DNA of 64,000 nt, from the NCBI GenBank assembly GCA_964016885.1, contig OZ024743.1, positions 16,244,001-16,308,000 of the forward strand, in the 5' to 3' direction. The notes beneath the pieces were generated by a model, which searched no databases, was not told the DNA's origin, and worked only from the letters and a program-made list of their open reading frames with translations. Made by a program: the position numbers and the translations under genes. Below, piece by piece: positions 29,719 to 43,162 of the stretch. Numbering within the stretch: the stretch's first letter is position 1; each line of letters begins with the position of its first letter. The DNA is from Eledone cirrhosa. Lineage: Eukaryota.

Positions 29719-29865
29719 CAAAGGAAATGTGGTAAGGAACCAAGTGGACCATAACGCACCAAAGTACTCAATACTTAGGGTAGTAGAGTGGGTAATAGGA
29801 ACAAATAAGACCTCGACGGCTGAGCTCAAGCCGTTTCGACGGCTTGAGCTCAGCCGTCGGGGTCT
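29717..29865 (-). mobile_element. Second copy of the short PLE-type terminus, with a different fold-back palindrome (29808-29865)
   Basis: Reverse complement of 17355-17483; flanked by (TA)n on both sides. Confidence 0.75.
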
Positions 29866-30022
29866 ATATATATATATATATATATATATGTAAAGTTATA
29901 TTTAAAATTGTTGGGTTACAACTAGTAAATATTTATAACTGATATAAAAGCACTCGACAAATATTTGGAGTATATTTACAATATTAAATAAATGGAAAAC
30001 TATATTTATAAAACCATATTTA

Positions 30023-30084
30023 TTTCATTATATATATTTCGGGGATATCATATTAACAATATGCTATGCCTTCATCAGACAAAA
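30023..30084 (-). ncRNA. Hammerhead motif in pLTR (inverted copy on + at about 33647-33708)
   Basis: TTTGT-CTGATGA-AGGCATAGCATATT(gtt)AATATGATATCCCC-GAAA-TATATA-TA-ATGAA. Confidence 0.6.
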
Positions 30085-30457
30085 TACAATATAAACAGTT
30101 TTATAGATAAATATATTCAACATACCGTAATAAACATCAACTTCATTTGAAGAGGTTTACGCTAGCAGTGAAAATACAGAGAGAAAGAAAGAGAGAGAGA
30201 AAAGAGGGAAATAAGAAAGAAAGAAAGACAAAACAAAGAAAAGGAAGAAAAAGAAGAAAAAGAAAAAGAAAAAGAAAAAAGAAGAAATGCATGGGACAAA
30301 ATAGAGAGATGGAAAAATAGATAAAGCGAAGAGCTTCATGTAAAGAGACAGAAAGAGATATATATATATAGAGAGAGAGGAAATAGAGATAAATACATAT
30401 ATATATAGAAAATTAGGTAGTGGGAGGTCATTTTGAGTAAGTGTATCAATGATGCAT

Positions 30458-30492
<35 letters not shown>

Positions 30493-31196
30493 GCTCAAGT
30501 ATTAATGTAAGGGAGATATATAGAGAGATATAGAGAGATATATAGAGAGAAAAAATTTAAAAATAGCCAGACATATTCGAGGCGTAGAAAACCCTATGTT
30601 TTAATGTATTAGTATTTATAAAACTTACACTATATTGTAAATATCAGTATTCCTGAATGAAACAAGTATTCACAATGCGTGAAAATTCATTATCTTATGT
30701 TTAGTTTTTTAAAAAATTCATATGTCTATGTGACAGCTACAAACATCAATGTGAATCCAACTGATTCACTCCGCAAATTCTAAGTTACCGGAAAACATTC
30801 TCAATGTGGTATAAAAATTTGAGCGTATTATTATTCTTGCGATTACTCTACAAGATTATCTATCAAGCAGAAATAGAGATCAGATTTCAATATACTAATC
30901 GAAAATATATATTATATTATAAACAAAGATAACAATAATAATGATAATAAGTAAAAATATATAAAAATATAGAATATAGAATAGAAAAGAAAACTAAAAA
31001 AAAAAATATTACGAAAGAATATTACATAATAAAAATAAAAATATTGCATATTAAAAATACTACGTATTAAAAATATTACGTATTAAAAATTTACATATAA
31101 AAATATTAAAAATAAAAATTTACATATAAAAATATTAAAAATAAAAATAAAATAAAATAAAAAATAAAAATATTATAGAATACTACAATACTAAAA

Positions 31197-31430
31197 GAAT
31201 AAAAATAAAAATAAAAATAAAAATAAAAATAAAAATAAAAATAAAAATAAAAATAAAAATAAAAATAAAAATAAAAATAAAAATAAAAATAAAAATAAAA
31301 ATAAAAATAAAAATAAAAATAAAAATAAAAATAAAAATAAAAATAAAAATAAAAATAAAAATAAAAATAAAAATAAAAATAAAAATAAAAATAAAAATAA
31401 AAATAAAAATGAAAATAAAAATAAAAATAA
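31197..31430. repeat. (AAAAAT)n hexamer array inside the PLE 3' region
   Basis: Directly visible; explains the FYFY/IFIF ORFs. Confidence 0.95.
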
Positions 31431-31797
31431 ACCACAAAGAACAACCCTTCAAAGTTAATTGACAATATATTGCCAAGTTCATTACAAGACAAAGCCAAAA
31501 ATTATCTATCAAATCACATCTAGCAAGGAGTATCGCAAAAAAGATTATGATGTCCAATAATGTCTACAAATGCTCCTATATTTAATATATAAGTTTATCT
31601 AGTGTAAGGTTAATTCAAAAAAATTTGGAGCATCGGCTTTTAGGGTACCTTAATTTTTCATGAGGAATGTTTAGATAAAAATAAAAATAAATAAAATAAA
31701 ATAAACAATAAAAAGAGTAAAAAGAGGGAATCAAAGATTTAGGAATCAAAAGATTTATCGGCTAGTTCTCATATAAATATAAAACAAACTAAATATA

Positions 31798-33420
31798 CTA
31801 CATTTTAAATTTAAATTTATATTTAAACGTTGAGTTTAATCTATGTTTGCAACAACTGAATAAATTTGTCCGTAGGTTAAGGGAATTTTTAGATTTTAGT
31901 ATAAAGAATATCTCCTCTGCGCAGAGGTCACATGTCTCAGAGGATGAATTAAAAGGAATCCCTCTTGAGACTATATTCCAAGCCGTCGAATATCTAACGT
32001 TATCTAGCTTAAGTTGCCAGAGTACCCCTGATAGTGCCGTTGAAGATTTTTTATTTGGATCTGTGAAAGAATTCTTGTGGTTATTATAGCGAAGTTTAAA
32101 TTCCGTCGATGTGGAGCCGACGTAGTTAAAAGAATTAGAGTCAGTATTAACATTACAATTGTATACTATATTTTTAACTAAGCAGTTGTTATTTAACGGA
32201 CATTTAGATCTATCTCTACAGTTACATTTGTTAACTTGTATATTATGTATGCTATTATCAGTAGGTTTTAAGTTCCTATTATTTATTCTATTAATATTTT
32301 GTGCTAAATTTTTGGTGGATGAGTAGGTTAATTTAATTGTATGCCTATTGAAGATTGAGTGGTACCTATGTGTTCTAGGGAAGCGATTATCAAGAGCTTT
32401 GAAAAATAATTTAGCGATGTGGGTTTTAATGTTTAGTGAGAAAGGGGGGGCAAACCAAATTATGTTCCTAGTTCTATTTCTTTTTTGTCCTTTGGAATTA
32501 TTGTAATGCTTTCTATTATAGTTGTTAATGTTGTTGCCGTAATTAAAAAAGTTGTTACTTTGTTTAGTTTGTTTATCATTATCTATGTACACAATCTTAT
32601 CAGCATACCCTGCCCTAGCTAGTGCATCATTATAGTATTGGGCCTTTTCGTCAAAAATCTTTCTATTCGACGAGATCCTAGAGATACGTTTTTGGACTGA
32701 GTTTACTATAGTGTTTTTGACAGATCTGGGGTGGTTAGAGTTAAAGTTGACATAGTTTAAGTTTTCATTCAACTTGTGAAAAGGATAGTGGAGACATGTG
32801 TTGAGATTTAATGTTATATCTAGGAAATTGACTATTCTATGGTTGTTCTCAATTTCTATTTTAAGGTTAAAGTAATTAAAAAATTTTGTAATTTGTTTAC
32901 ATTTTCTATTTAGTTCAGGGTTATTATTATTAATAAGTAAAAGCATGTCATCCCTATATAAACCTCCGGTAGTACCAGGTATTTTCCTATGTAGCGAATT
33001 GATTAAAAATAAGCCCACAAGGTCAGTTACCTGAGCTGAGTCGGAAGATCCCATAGTTATGTCAAAATTGCTATCTCTATCTGCTCTGGTCCATAATTTG
33101 TCATCAAATTCTATCAAAGTTTTCCTAGCCGATAATATAATATGCATTTCTTTGCTAGTTATGTCAGTATGTTTGAATGCGTAATTTAGTGCCTTATTTA
33201 GTAGACTAGGGGTAATAGAAGAATAATAGTTAGCTATATCAAGTTGAATAAACCTATTATTATTGTCATGTTTAATTTGCCTAAACCACTCAACAACCTC
33301 TCCAGTTCCCTTCCACAAGCTCAGGTTAGATACACAATCCAAGTTCTTAATTTGCAGTATCACCCTGTCAAGAATGTTTTTGCTTAATTTGCCCAGGTCC
33401 GATTTTGAAGGTGCGATCAA
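31798..33420 (-). CDS. PLE reverse transcriptase plus GIY-YIG endonuclease (N-terminally truncated, no internal stops)
   Basis: QLDIANYYSSI, FDITMGSSDSAQVTDLVG, GLYRDD, NFLDI, CNC..CPLNNNC, NIVYNC...YVGSTSTEFKLRYNNH, CDLC...CKH. Confidence 0.9.
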   Translation of the reverse strand: MIAPSKSDLGKLSKNILDRVILQIKNLDCVSNLSLWKGTGEVVEWFRQIKHDNNNRFIQLDIANYYSSITPSLLNKALNYAFKHTDITSKEMHIILSARKTLIEFDDKLWTRADRDSNFDITMGSSDSAQVTDLVGLFLINSLHRKIPGTTGGLYRDDMLLLINNNNPELNRKCKQITKFFNYFNLKIEIENNHRIVNFLDITLNLNTCLHYPFHKLNENLNYVNFNSNHPRSVKNTIVNSVQKRISRISSNRKIFDEKAQYYNDALARAGYADKIVYIDNDKQTKQSNNFFNYGNNINNYNRKHYNNSKGQKRNRTRNIIWFAPPFSLNIKTHIAKLFFKALDNRFPRTHRYHSIFNRHTIKLTYSSTKNLAQNINRINNRNLKPTDNSIHNIQVNKCNCRDRSKCPLNNNCLVKNIVYNCNVNTDSNSFNYVGSTSTEFKLRYNNHKNSFTDPNKKSSTALSGVLWQLKLDNVRYSTAWNIVSRGIPFNSSSETCDLCAEEIFFILKSKNSLNLRTNLFSCCKHRLNSTFKYKFKFKM

Positions 33421-33749
33421 TCTAACTGGCAGGTCAATTTCAAAATTCCTCTTGAAAATTTCTTTTTCTTTTTCTTCTTTTTCTTCCTTTTCTTTGTTTT
33501 GTCTTTCTTTCTTTCTTATTTCCCTCTTTTCTCTCTCTCTTTCTTTCTCTCTGTATTTTCACTGCTAGCGTAAACCTCTTCAAATGAAGTTGATGTTTAT
33601 TACGGTATGTTGAATATATTTATCTATAAAACTGTTTATATTGTATTTTGTCTGATGAAGGCATAGCATATTGTTAATATGATATCCCCGAAATATATAT
33701 AATGAAATAAATATGGTTTTATAAATATAGTTTTCCATTTATTTAATAT

Positions 33750-33851
33750 TGTATATATATATATATATATATATGTATATACATATATATATATGTATAT
33801 ATATATATATATGTATATACATATATATATGTATATACATATATATATATG

Positions 33852-33898
<47 letters not shown>

Positions 33899-33924
33899 AT
33901 ATATATATACATATATAATATATG

Positions 33925-33992
<68 letters not shown>

Positions 33993-34030
33993 CATATATA
34001 TATATATGTATATACATATATATATATATG

Positions 34031-34077
<47 letters not shown>

Positions 34078-34103
34078 ATATATATATACATATATAACAT
34101 ATG

Positions 34104-34197
<94 letters not shown>

Positions 34198-34207
34198 CAT
34201 ATATATG

Positions 34208-34240
<33 letters not shown>
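33750..34240. repeat. Long interrupted (TA)n tract
   Basis: Directly visible; a second tract lies at 34650-34828. Confidence 0.95.
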
Positions 34241-34241
<1 letters not shown>

Positions 34242-34647
34242 GATATAAAGGTTCACATATACATAAAGTTATATATGTTACAACCGGTCACTTTGTGGCT
34301 CTATGAAGAATTAATAAATTAAATAATCAGAGCAATATATCATAAATCATGTCTATAGAATCATTAGATAAATAAAATATATATCATTTCCTCTGCCAAT
34401 CACCATATTTAACCATATAGAAAATCAATTAGACCAAGCTATAAGGATAATATATATATATATAAACGGGAAAAATGAAACGAAATTTCATTTCCCACTC
34501 TTAGTACGGCTGTTACTTAATAGCATTATAATAAATGTTCTGTGAATCCATACGTACATATATATATATGTGTGCATGTATGTATATATATATATACATA
34601 CTACTGTACGTATGTATACATATATGTTTGTACGTGTACAAACCATA

Positions 34648-34959
<312 letters not shown>

Positions 34960-34960
<1 letters not shown>

Positions 34961-36155
34961 ATCACACCAAAATCAACATACTGATTGCGGATTTGGTACG
35001 GGTGATGAGAAACTTGTTCCGCATCTGCAACCCCAAAGAACTAGAGAGAGACACATACAACACTTCATCCAGCGTATGCAGTTCTCTGGTTACAATCAGA
35101 GAGATAAAATCAGAGTATATAGAGGAGCCAGAACCAAATGGGCAAAAATGGTAAATAATGATACAAATGGGACCTGCCCTTTGTATAGGAGCAAATTTTC
35201 GAATAGAATAGAAAGAACTAGGAATAGAATAAACTCATGGTATGATAGCAATAAATACCAGAGTGTAATGTTCATCAATACAACATGTAGAGGTTTATTA
35301 GCTTACAAATTTAGAAGGGCCCTAGATAAACGTAAACTTAATATTAAGATATTAGTAAAACCTGGTACCTTTATAAAAACACTTATTAGAAATACATACC
35401 CTTTTCAAAGACCTCCCTGTATAGATAAGAAATGCATAATCTGTAAACTAAACCCCCATATTAATTGTAAAACTAGAAATGTAGTATATAGCATAAGATG
35501 TACTGAAGGACAATGTAAAGATAAGAATATAGTGTACATAGGTGAGACAGCTCGAACGGTCAAATGAACTCTGGCGAGAGCTTCAAGATAAAGAAGAATC
35601 ATCAACATGCTAAAATAGAACATAAGGGCACATTAGAGAACATAGAAATAAAAATAAAATCTACACACAGAAAAGACGCAATGCTTGGACAAATCACAGA
35701 GACAATAAACATAAATGAACTCCAACCAAAATTAAATAGAAAACAGGAATGGAATAGCAACATCACAACTTACAATTAAGGACAAAATGAAAATACACAT
35801 ACACATAGAACAAAGAACCAACCAGTAACATGTAAATAAACAAATAAAAACACACGAAGACACCCGGATGTAACACATGGCAAACTAAGCACACAACACT
35901 CACAAAAGCAAGATGGCGTAAGACAGAACAAAGGAGAGGCACAAAACAAAAAAAAAGAATCCCCATTCACTGAAGAGGTCACAGAATGTGTGACGAAATA
36001 ACTTTGATATTATAAGAACAACTGTCCGGTTGTGGAACCGACCAACCAACCGGAAATTTATAAATGCTTAAATTCATAAATTTAACTTATAATAAATTGG
36101 AGTGAAAGTAATGGTGCGTGTGTTACTTATTGGCAACATGACTCTCCCAAAGTAT

Positions 36156-36161
<6 letters not shown>
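34960..36161 (+). mobile_element. 3' fragment of a Penelope-like element (same family as 8765-9542), with hammerhead motif at about 35966-36009
   Basis: ORFs 35076-35567 and 35564-35779 (C..C.IC...C..RNVVYSIRC..VYIGETART); TCA-CTGAAGA-G-GTCAC..GTGAC-GAAA-TAAC-TT-TGA; ends in (TA)n. Confidence 0.85.
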
Positions 36162-36207
<46 letters not shown>

Positions 36208-37345
36208 TATACTTCATGATGTCCATGCTGGAGTGTTGTTATTCTGCAGAATAGCATAATATTGTATGCATATATGTACGCTTGTGTATGTGTATGTGTA
36301 TGTGTGCTCCTGTGCAAGTATAATGTTCATTGTTGGGAGCTTTTGTTCTGCCAGTATTATATAACAATACAATCGAAATCTAATTATATTTCAATCCACC
36401 CAGGAAGACGCCATATGAATTAGCAATATATTAACGCACCTAATTGCTTTCCTCTAAATTAAAACTCGGTTCTTTTACTTTTTACTGTTATATATATTTT
36501 GCTCACTCTCGTTTATTTATACATTAATAACGATAGGAAGTGACAAAATGGAAAACAAATTTATAACATTTCTATCTTTCCCTGAATGTAATGCTCAATA
36601 ACTTAGAAATTCACCTTTGGCGGCCTATATTGTTCCTCTTAATGTCTCTTCAAAAGCAACTCCTCACCTGCGATATGAAACAAAAAATATTGTATGATAT
36701 ATTACAATTTCTTCTATTATATGTAAGATTGTATACTACGACTACATATTATTCAAACGATGCATCAAATAACACTTGCTTCAATAAGATACTCTAAAAC
36801 ATATCATTTAAAATAAACACCTTTTATATCAAGTGTTAAATCTTAGAACGACCATTTCTATACAATACATACTTGGATGTCCACATGTAGATGATGTTGA
36901 TCAAATACTAATTATCAGTTCAGATCAGATAAGAATAATTTACATGTTTTACCTGTATATTTATTTTTGATCCTAAATTTGTTCTGTTAATGTATTGTTA
37001 TAAACCTAATCAAGATAATTTTAACAATTTAAACAGGAGGAACATAATTTGTTAAAGGAAACATTTTTATGATCATTTGTTCTGCTCGAAATAGACGCTA
37101 TATTGTTTCTTAAAACATATTCTACCTTCCAGAACAAGATAATATAGTGGGGAAAAAACTTGGACTGGCACAGCTGTAAAAAACATTGATTATGCGTCAG
37201 TTTTTTGAGGGACAAAGAACATTTGATTCACATTTTAAACTGCACCACAATCATTACTCCGTTAATGGAATATATGCAACCACACAAAATTATAATCTCC
37301 ATCTCTCCCAAAATTGTTGGCCTTGTGCCTAAATCAGAAAACATT

Positions 37346-38945
37346 TTTAGAGCCACCTGTTCAATGACCTCTGCTCATTGATCATAAAGGTGGTGGGCAC
37401 CAGTGAGACCAAAGTATCTGAGGCACGGGCCTTCTCACCAATTTTCGGTAATTATGAGGTGTACACAACTCCAAGCCGTCCGGGATACGGTACATCTTTC
37501 TGAACACAAATGATAAGTTGCTGGTGCTAGATTGACCAGCAGTGAAGAGCATGCTTTTAGGCTTCTGGTCGTATATGATCCTACAGGGCCAGGAAAGCCT
37601 AATTCTCGGTGGAACGTCCCACTATGTATTTTTAGTGGGTGATTGGAATGACATCTTAGACGCAGACGGGGACTGTGTGGGACTAGCATATAGGAAAGGA
37701 GGGTGAAAAGCCTCATAAACCTGCTCAACTGCTTCCAAATGTCTGACAGATACCGGCTGGATTTCCCAGGTGTGGGCAAACTGCATCGAGTCAACTAGAT
37801 CATATCTAGCTATTTTCTTACTGTAGAGAAATAGGTAAGTCTAATATAGATTGTCAACAAATTCAAAGTACTCGACTACAGAAACCATAAATATAGAGAA
37901 GGGCCTAGTTACTGGAATTTAAACGCGGCGTCTCCGGGTGCATATACTGGATTAGTGAAATAGTAAAAAAAAGGCTTTGACAGAGGCAATCATCAACAAC
38001 AGATTATAGTTCACCCCGAAAAGAGCAATTAGAGTAGAATCGATAAGGTTTTGTAAAAGAGAAGTGATAGAGAAAACTAGTGTTGTGAGAGCACTAACTA
38101 ATTACAAAGCTAGAAGAGGAAATGGGAGAAGACATCGTGAACAACTGGAAGAAGAACGGGATAATATTCTCGGTCCTGTGAACCGAGGGGCGGTGGCGTT
38201 TCTGAGAAAGGACCCGAACAAAGAGGCTATATAGATAATTTCAGGACCATAATTCTGCTAAACGCAGGATCTATAATTGTCGTTGGTGTTTTGGTAGGAG
38301 ATGTGCAAGCACATGTCACCCCGGTAGATACTTTCACGACACGCTCCACCATATGCAATACGTCGTAGAGAGTTTGGCTCAAGAACCTTGCACGGGTGGA
38401 GTCCTGATAAAGTTAGAATAGTCGAAATATTTCAATAGATTACCTTGTGGCATCCACAAGGCAGCGGATTTCGGGCCTGTATTCAAAGGATGGGTAGCTG
38501 CAAAGTCCAATGGTTTGAGTGGATGGCTACCTCTCGAAACTATTTAACATCATGCACTCGGTTCACCAAGGTTGTCCTTTCTCATCTCTGTTGTAAGTAT
38601 TGATTCACGAGCCACTTCTACACTAATTGATGACATATGAGGCCGCTCACTTGAACTAGGCCGTGAAGGAACCATATCGGCATATGACGACCACCATAGG
38701 GGTGTCGACCAGCAAACATATTGAGTTGATTGGTATTGCTTCCCTCTCGAAGAATACGAAACGATAACAGGAGCAAAACATGCCAGGAAAAAGTCGCTGA
38801 GCCTGCAACTCGGCACCTGGAGAGGCAGGTTCATGCCGTCCAACAACATCGTCCGGCACTCAAAGGACGGAACGGTTAAATTGCTTGTCCTTTTAAAGTA
38901 AGCTCCATGTGGCTAACAAAGAAACCGTTATTATAATTATTATTC
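37346..38945 (+). mobile_element. Old, multiply deleted Tx1-like LINE
   Basis: Colinear nucleotide remnants of APE (CACCTG.TCAATGACCTC), RT (CTGAGAAAGGACCCGAACAA, GCATATGACGAC, CAACTCGGCACCTGGAGAGGCAGG) and the 3' end (TGTGGCTAACAAAGAAA plus ATT). Confidence 0.8.
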
Positions 38946-40462
38946 AAAAGTAGAAACAATTATAATTGTTATTATTATTATTGTTGCTGTTATTGTTATT
39001 GTTGTTGTCGTTATACTTATTGTTACTATTATTAATTTATAGTTTCATTTTCTATTCTGGTAATTCGGAAAATACTGTTGTAAGCGAATCCAAATTTCAG
39101 TAAAGATTAATAAAATAAGTTATTGTTTTGTGAACATATTTGCATATATTATTTTTTAAACTACAGGTTATATGAATAAGGAAATTAATTACACACTAAA
39201 TAAATTAAAACAGAAATACGGATTATACGGCAAAGGAAATCAATAACATAGAATTTAATTACAATAGCACTATATTCAGAAATAGATAAACAGCAACACA
39301 TTTTTCATGAGATTGTTGACTGCAATAGTGAATAAAGCAAAACGCATTCATACACTGACCTCATAATTTGAGAAAAAATCATTTTGCATTCATTTGTTAA
39401 ACATTTGATTAATACTGGGTCAAATGACAATTCACGTTATGGAAGTGAATGGAAAAAATGCATATTTTACACTTCACTAACTGTAAAATAATAATATTTT
39501 TGAATATGCATAAAAACGTATGTTAATAGACTTTCTAGTAGATAAACTTCGACCCTTGAATTCAGTATTCAATTCGCCATGCATTTAAATAGTTTGCTTT
39601 TTTAACAGTAGAAATAAAGATTATATTTTAAACAATGATAATACATTCTGTAGATATGATATATCCCTTTTAGTGAGTTCATCAAGTGAGAAGAGTGGCA
39701 AGTATCCAACCCCTCCATCTGCGCTTAGAGGTTGGTGACAAGAACACATGGCGAAATTTACACAGACACACATACACACCCATATACACACACATAGACA
39801 CACACACATAGAAACATACACACACACACATCGCTGGTTTTATAACTCGCAGTCACCTGTGTGTTTAGATTCGTTCTTTTCCCAGGGAAATATATTTTCT
39901 CAACTATGGAAGGACTTAGTTCTTCGTTTGCGACTAGATGTATATATGAATACGCACACATCCCTACTGACCATTATCACAACAATGAACCTCTTTACTA
40001 CTACAAATACACACGCACACATATTTGTCTTGAAAGACTTATTTTTCAGTGACTTCTCAATCAGCCGAGACAAACCTACATTTGGCGCAAAATCAATTTT
40101 TAACATTCACATGACCTCTACCGACCAATCAAAATTGTTTTGATCACAAGAATATTTGCAACACGAATTGGCGCGAAACTTATTTTAATACATCTGGAGC
40201 CACTTTTTTCACATAAAATAGGTAGAATTTCCAAAACTAATCAGATTAGAGCAAACATCACGGGCGCTCTATCTCAAAATTATTTTTGAAAAGCATTAGA
40301 AGTGCGCAACCGGTAAAAACTTAAAACCAAAACTGAATACTAACCAATACTTATTACTAATTTTTACTTATTCATAATTAAACTATTTTTCACTGGGAAC
40401 AATATGTCAGCATTTTCTTTTCCTTTTACCAATATATCATAACTCGTGTGTTACACCTCTAT

Positions 40463-40530
<68 letters not shown>

Positions 40531-40791
40531 GAACGGGCATTCGATAATTGAACATAGCCGTTTGTCCGTTCCCTTGTCGCTTCAATTTGTGATTGCCTCC
40601 TTGATCATAACTTTATTATGTAAATCACTGTCTGATGAGAACATTGCAGTGAATTCTACGCTGAATTGCGTACCCAAAGTCGTCCTCGATAAATGTATAA
40701 CGGATATAAGGGACATTATCATTTAAACTTTGTATTTCCTTATTATCTCTCTCTCCCTCCCCCCTCTCACTATATTTCCCCCTCTCTCTCG

Positions 40792-40832
<41 letters not shown>

Positions 40833-42302
40833 AAATGTGTGTAATATGTATGTAAAATGTAAACAGAAATAACAACACAATATGTACAGTATATGGAAGA
40901 GATATATTAGGTTAACGCTTGATATAGCAGGAAGAGGGTCTTACACTACAAGACGTACCCATTCTTTCCTGGATTAAAGAAAATAATGCAATTTCATTCA
41001 AATCTTTTTCTAGGGTATATTTGAAATTTCTAACCTCGCAGTTTCTTGTATGAAACATATCTTTTAATTCCAATATAATTTCCTACTTTTTTATCTTATT
41101 CCCTTCATATCTTGCCTGTGTTTGTTTTTATTATATCACTGATGAAATACAGTTGTAAATATTTTTGTTCTTCTTCTGAAAGTGGCTAAAGTGTTCCAAT
41201 TCTATGGTACACTTGCCTTTTGATCTTGAAAGTGGGTATAAAGCCATCTTGATACATTACATTTGCACCAAATGATGCCATTTGCAATGCATTAATTTAC
41301 ATCTGGTTATCTTAAAGAAAGAGTCTTGATTCAGTAGTTATACAAATCACCAGTCCCCTCAAGGTTTCTGGTGGGTCGGTTAGAGATGTAATGAATGTAT
41401 GGCAAAATGTGCTGCAGTCAATAAAGGGGAGAATGGATTTTTATATTAAAGCAGGTGTGTGTTGCTTTATGATGAGTGAATGCGTGTCACTCACTTGTTT
41501 TAGTTGTAGCTACATTTATGCAGGAGACATATGGGGGCGTCAATAGTGAAGCAGGCATGCGTTTGGTGCTTTAGTGTCGGCTCATATGTCTACCGCTATG
41601 TGGGTGTATCAAGAATAATTTTTAATTTAAGCCTGGATAGCTACAGTTCCGTAATCAATCAACTCATAAATATCAGATTCTAGCTTACTATTACGTTGTT
41701 TTATTCCCTGTGTAGGGTACCAAGCTGGTTGTTTGTACCGCATATATAAAATCGGGGCTGCCTCGCTTCCTCGGCTAAAGTTATGCGCTATTTGTCAGTT
41801 CGATGATACCAGGAATCCTTTTTAGCTTTTCCTGATTTATTTGGAGCAAAATCTCCTTCCCAAACCCGCTCCAACTCTCCTGACATTATTTTTGAATTGG
41901 TAACAATGTTGTTGTTACTGTTGATTTTGTTGTTGTTGTTGTCGTGTTTGAGGGTAGACATATTACTAGTTTTATTTGCTGCTACGAAAACTGCCGCATC
42001 ATTCTCCCTACTCACATCAGCAGCTTCTGAAAGTGATGACTCATAATAATTGTCAATTAAAGAACTGGGCTTTTTTTACTTTTTTGGGGAAAATGGTACC
42101 GAAATCCCAATTTGGAACGGACGTTATAGCCGATTCCAAAATGGTTATTAGAAAGATACTTTCCCGCGGAACGGAATCATCAGTATCTAATTAATTGTGT
42201 CAAAATTTTGTGCCAATTGTCGACAACATGGAACACAAATTAAAGCTCTCACAAGCGGTTGAAACTTCGTGGTGGGATATCTAGTGAAAGAAAATAATAA
42301 TA

Positions 42303-42494
42303 ATAATTGTTTCTACTTTTGGCACAAGGCCAGCAATTACCCAGTACATTACTGGTACTTCATTTTATCGACCCTGTAAGGATGAAAGGCAAAGTTAACG
42401 TCGACAGTATTTGAACTCAGACCGTAAATGGACGTAACTATGCTAGAAAGCATGGCGCCCAACCCTCCACCGATACTACGTATTCACCGCCCTA
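42303..42494 (-). mobile_element. tRNA-derived SINE, flanked by (AAT)n on both sides
   Basis: Highly similar to 4537-4723. Confidence 0.8.
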
Positions 42495-42732
42495 AACTAA
42501 TAATAATAATAACAACAATAAGGAGCAAAAAGCAAGTATCAATGTAGTATCATTATTTCTATTTCCGTGTGACACGCGTTTCGCGATCGATCAGCTCAAT
42601 GTGCGTCCGGTATTGATCGAGCCCGACTCTGGTATCGTAGGCCATCAGATCTGTGAAGTCCACAATGAGTGCATATATCAACATTCATTAAAGAATCCAT
42701 GTCTGATGGTCTATTAATACTTCGTCCCTGCT

Positions 42733-42787
<55 letters not shown>

Positions 42788-42921
42788 ACATATTAAAGTT
42801 TAACCAAAGAATCGGTGCTTTCACCCTTAACAGGATCTTCTGAAACTAAAAACATTTGCCCTAGGTTTCTTATATATTTGATATATATTTATCCTTATCG
42901 AGCCCTCTTTGGATTTGAGTC

Positions 42922-42968
<47 letters not shown>

Positions 42969-43029
42969 TATACTTATAAATTCTATATCTCTCTATATCT
43001 ATATCTACATCTATATCTATCTTTCCTCC

Positions 43030-43162
<133 letters not shown>

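Larger units (their letters stand above)
29892..33752 (-). mobile_element. 5'-truncated Penelope-like element with inverted pseudo-LTR
   Basis: Uninterrupted RT plus GIY-YIG ORF; about 33457-33752 is an essentially exact inverted copy of about 29977-30272; (TA)n on both flanks. Confidence 0.9.

Noticed and set aside
40628-40703. CTGT-CTGATGA...GATA...TA-ACGG possible hammerhead (similar weak cases at 42568-42645, 42808-42846 and 44255-44292 on -)
   Set aside because: Core mutations or poor stems; cannot be separated from chance by eye.
41360-42015. Possible LINE ORF1 relic on the minus strand (Asn-rich, FSRGS..LVPYTG)
   Set aside because: Similarity to ORF1 is too faint to call.
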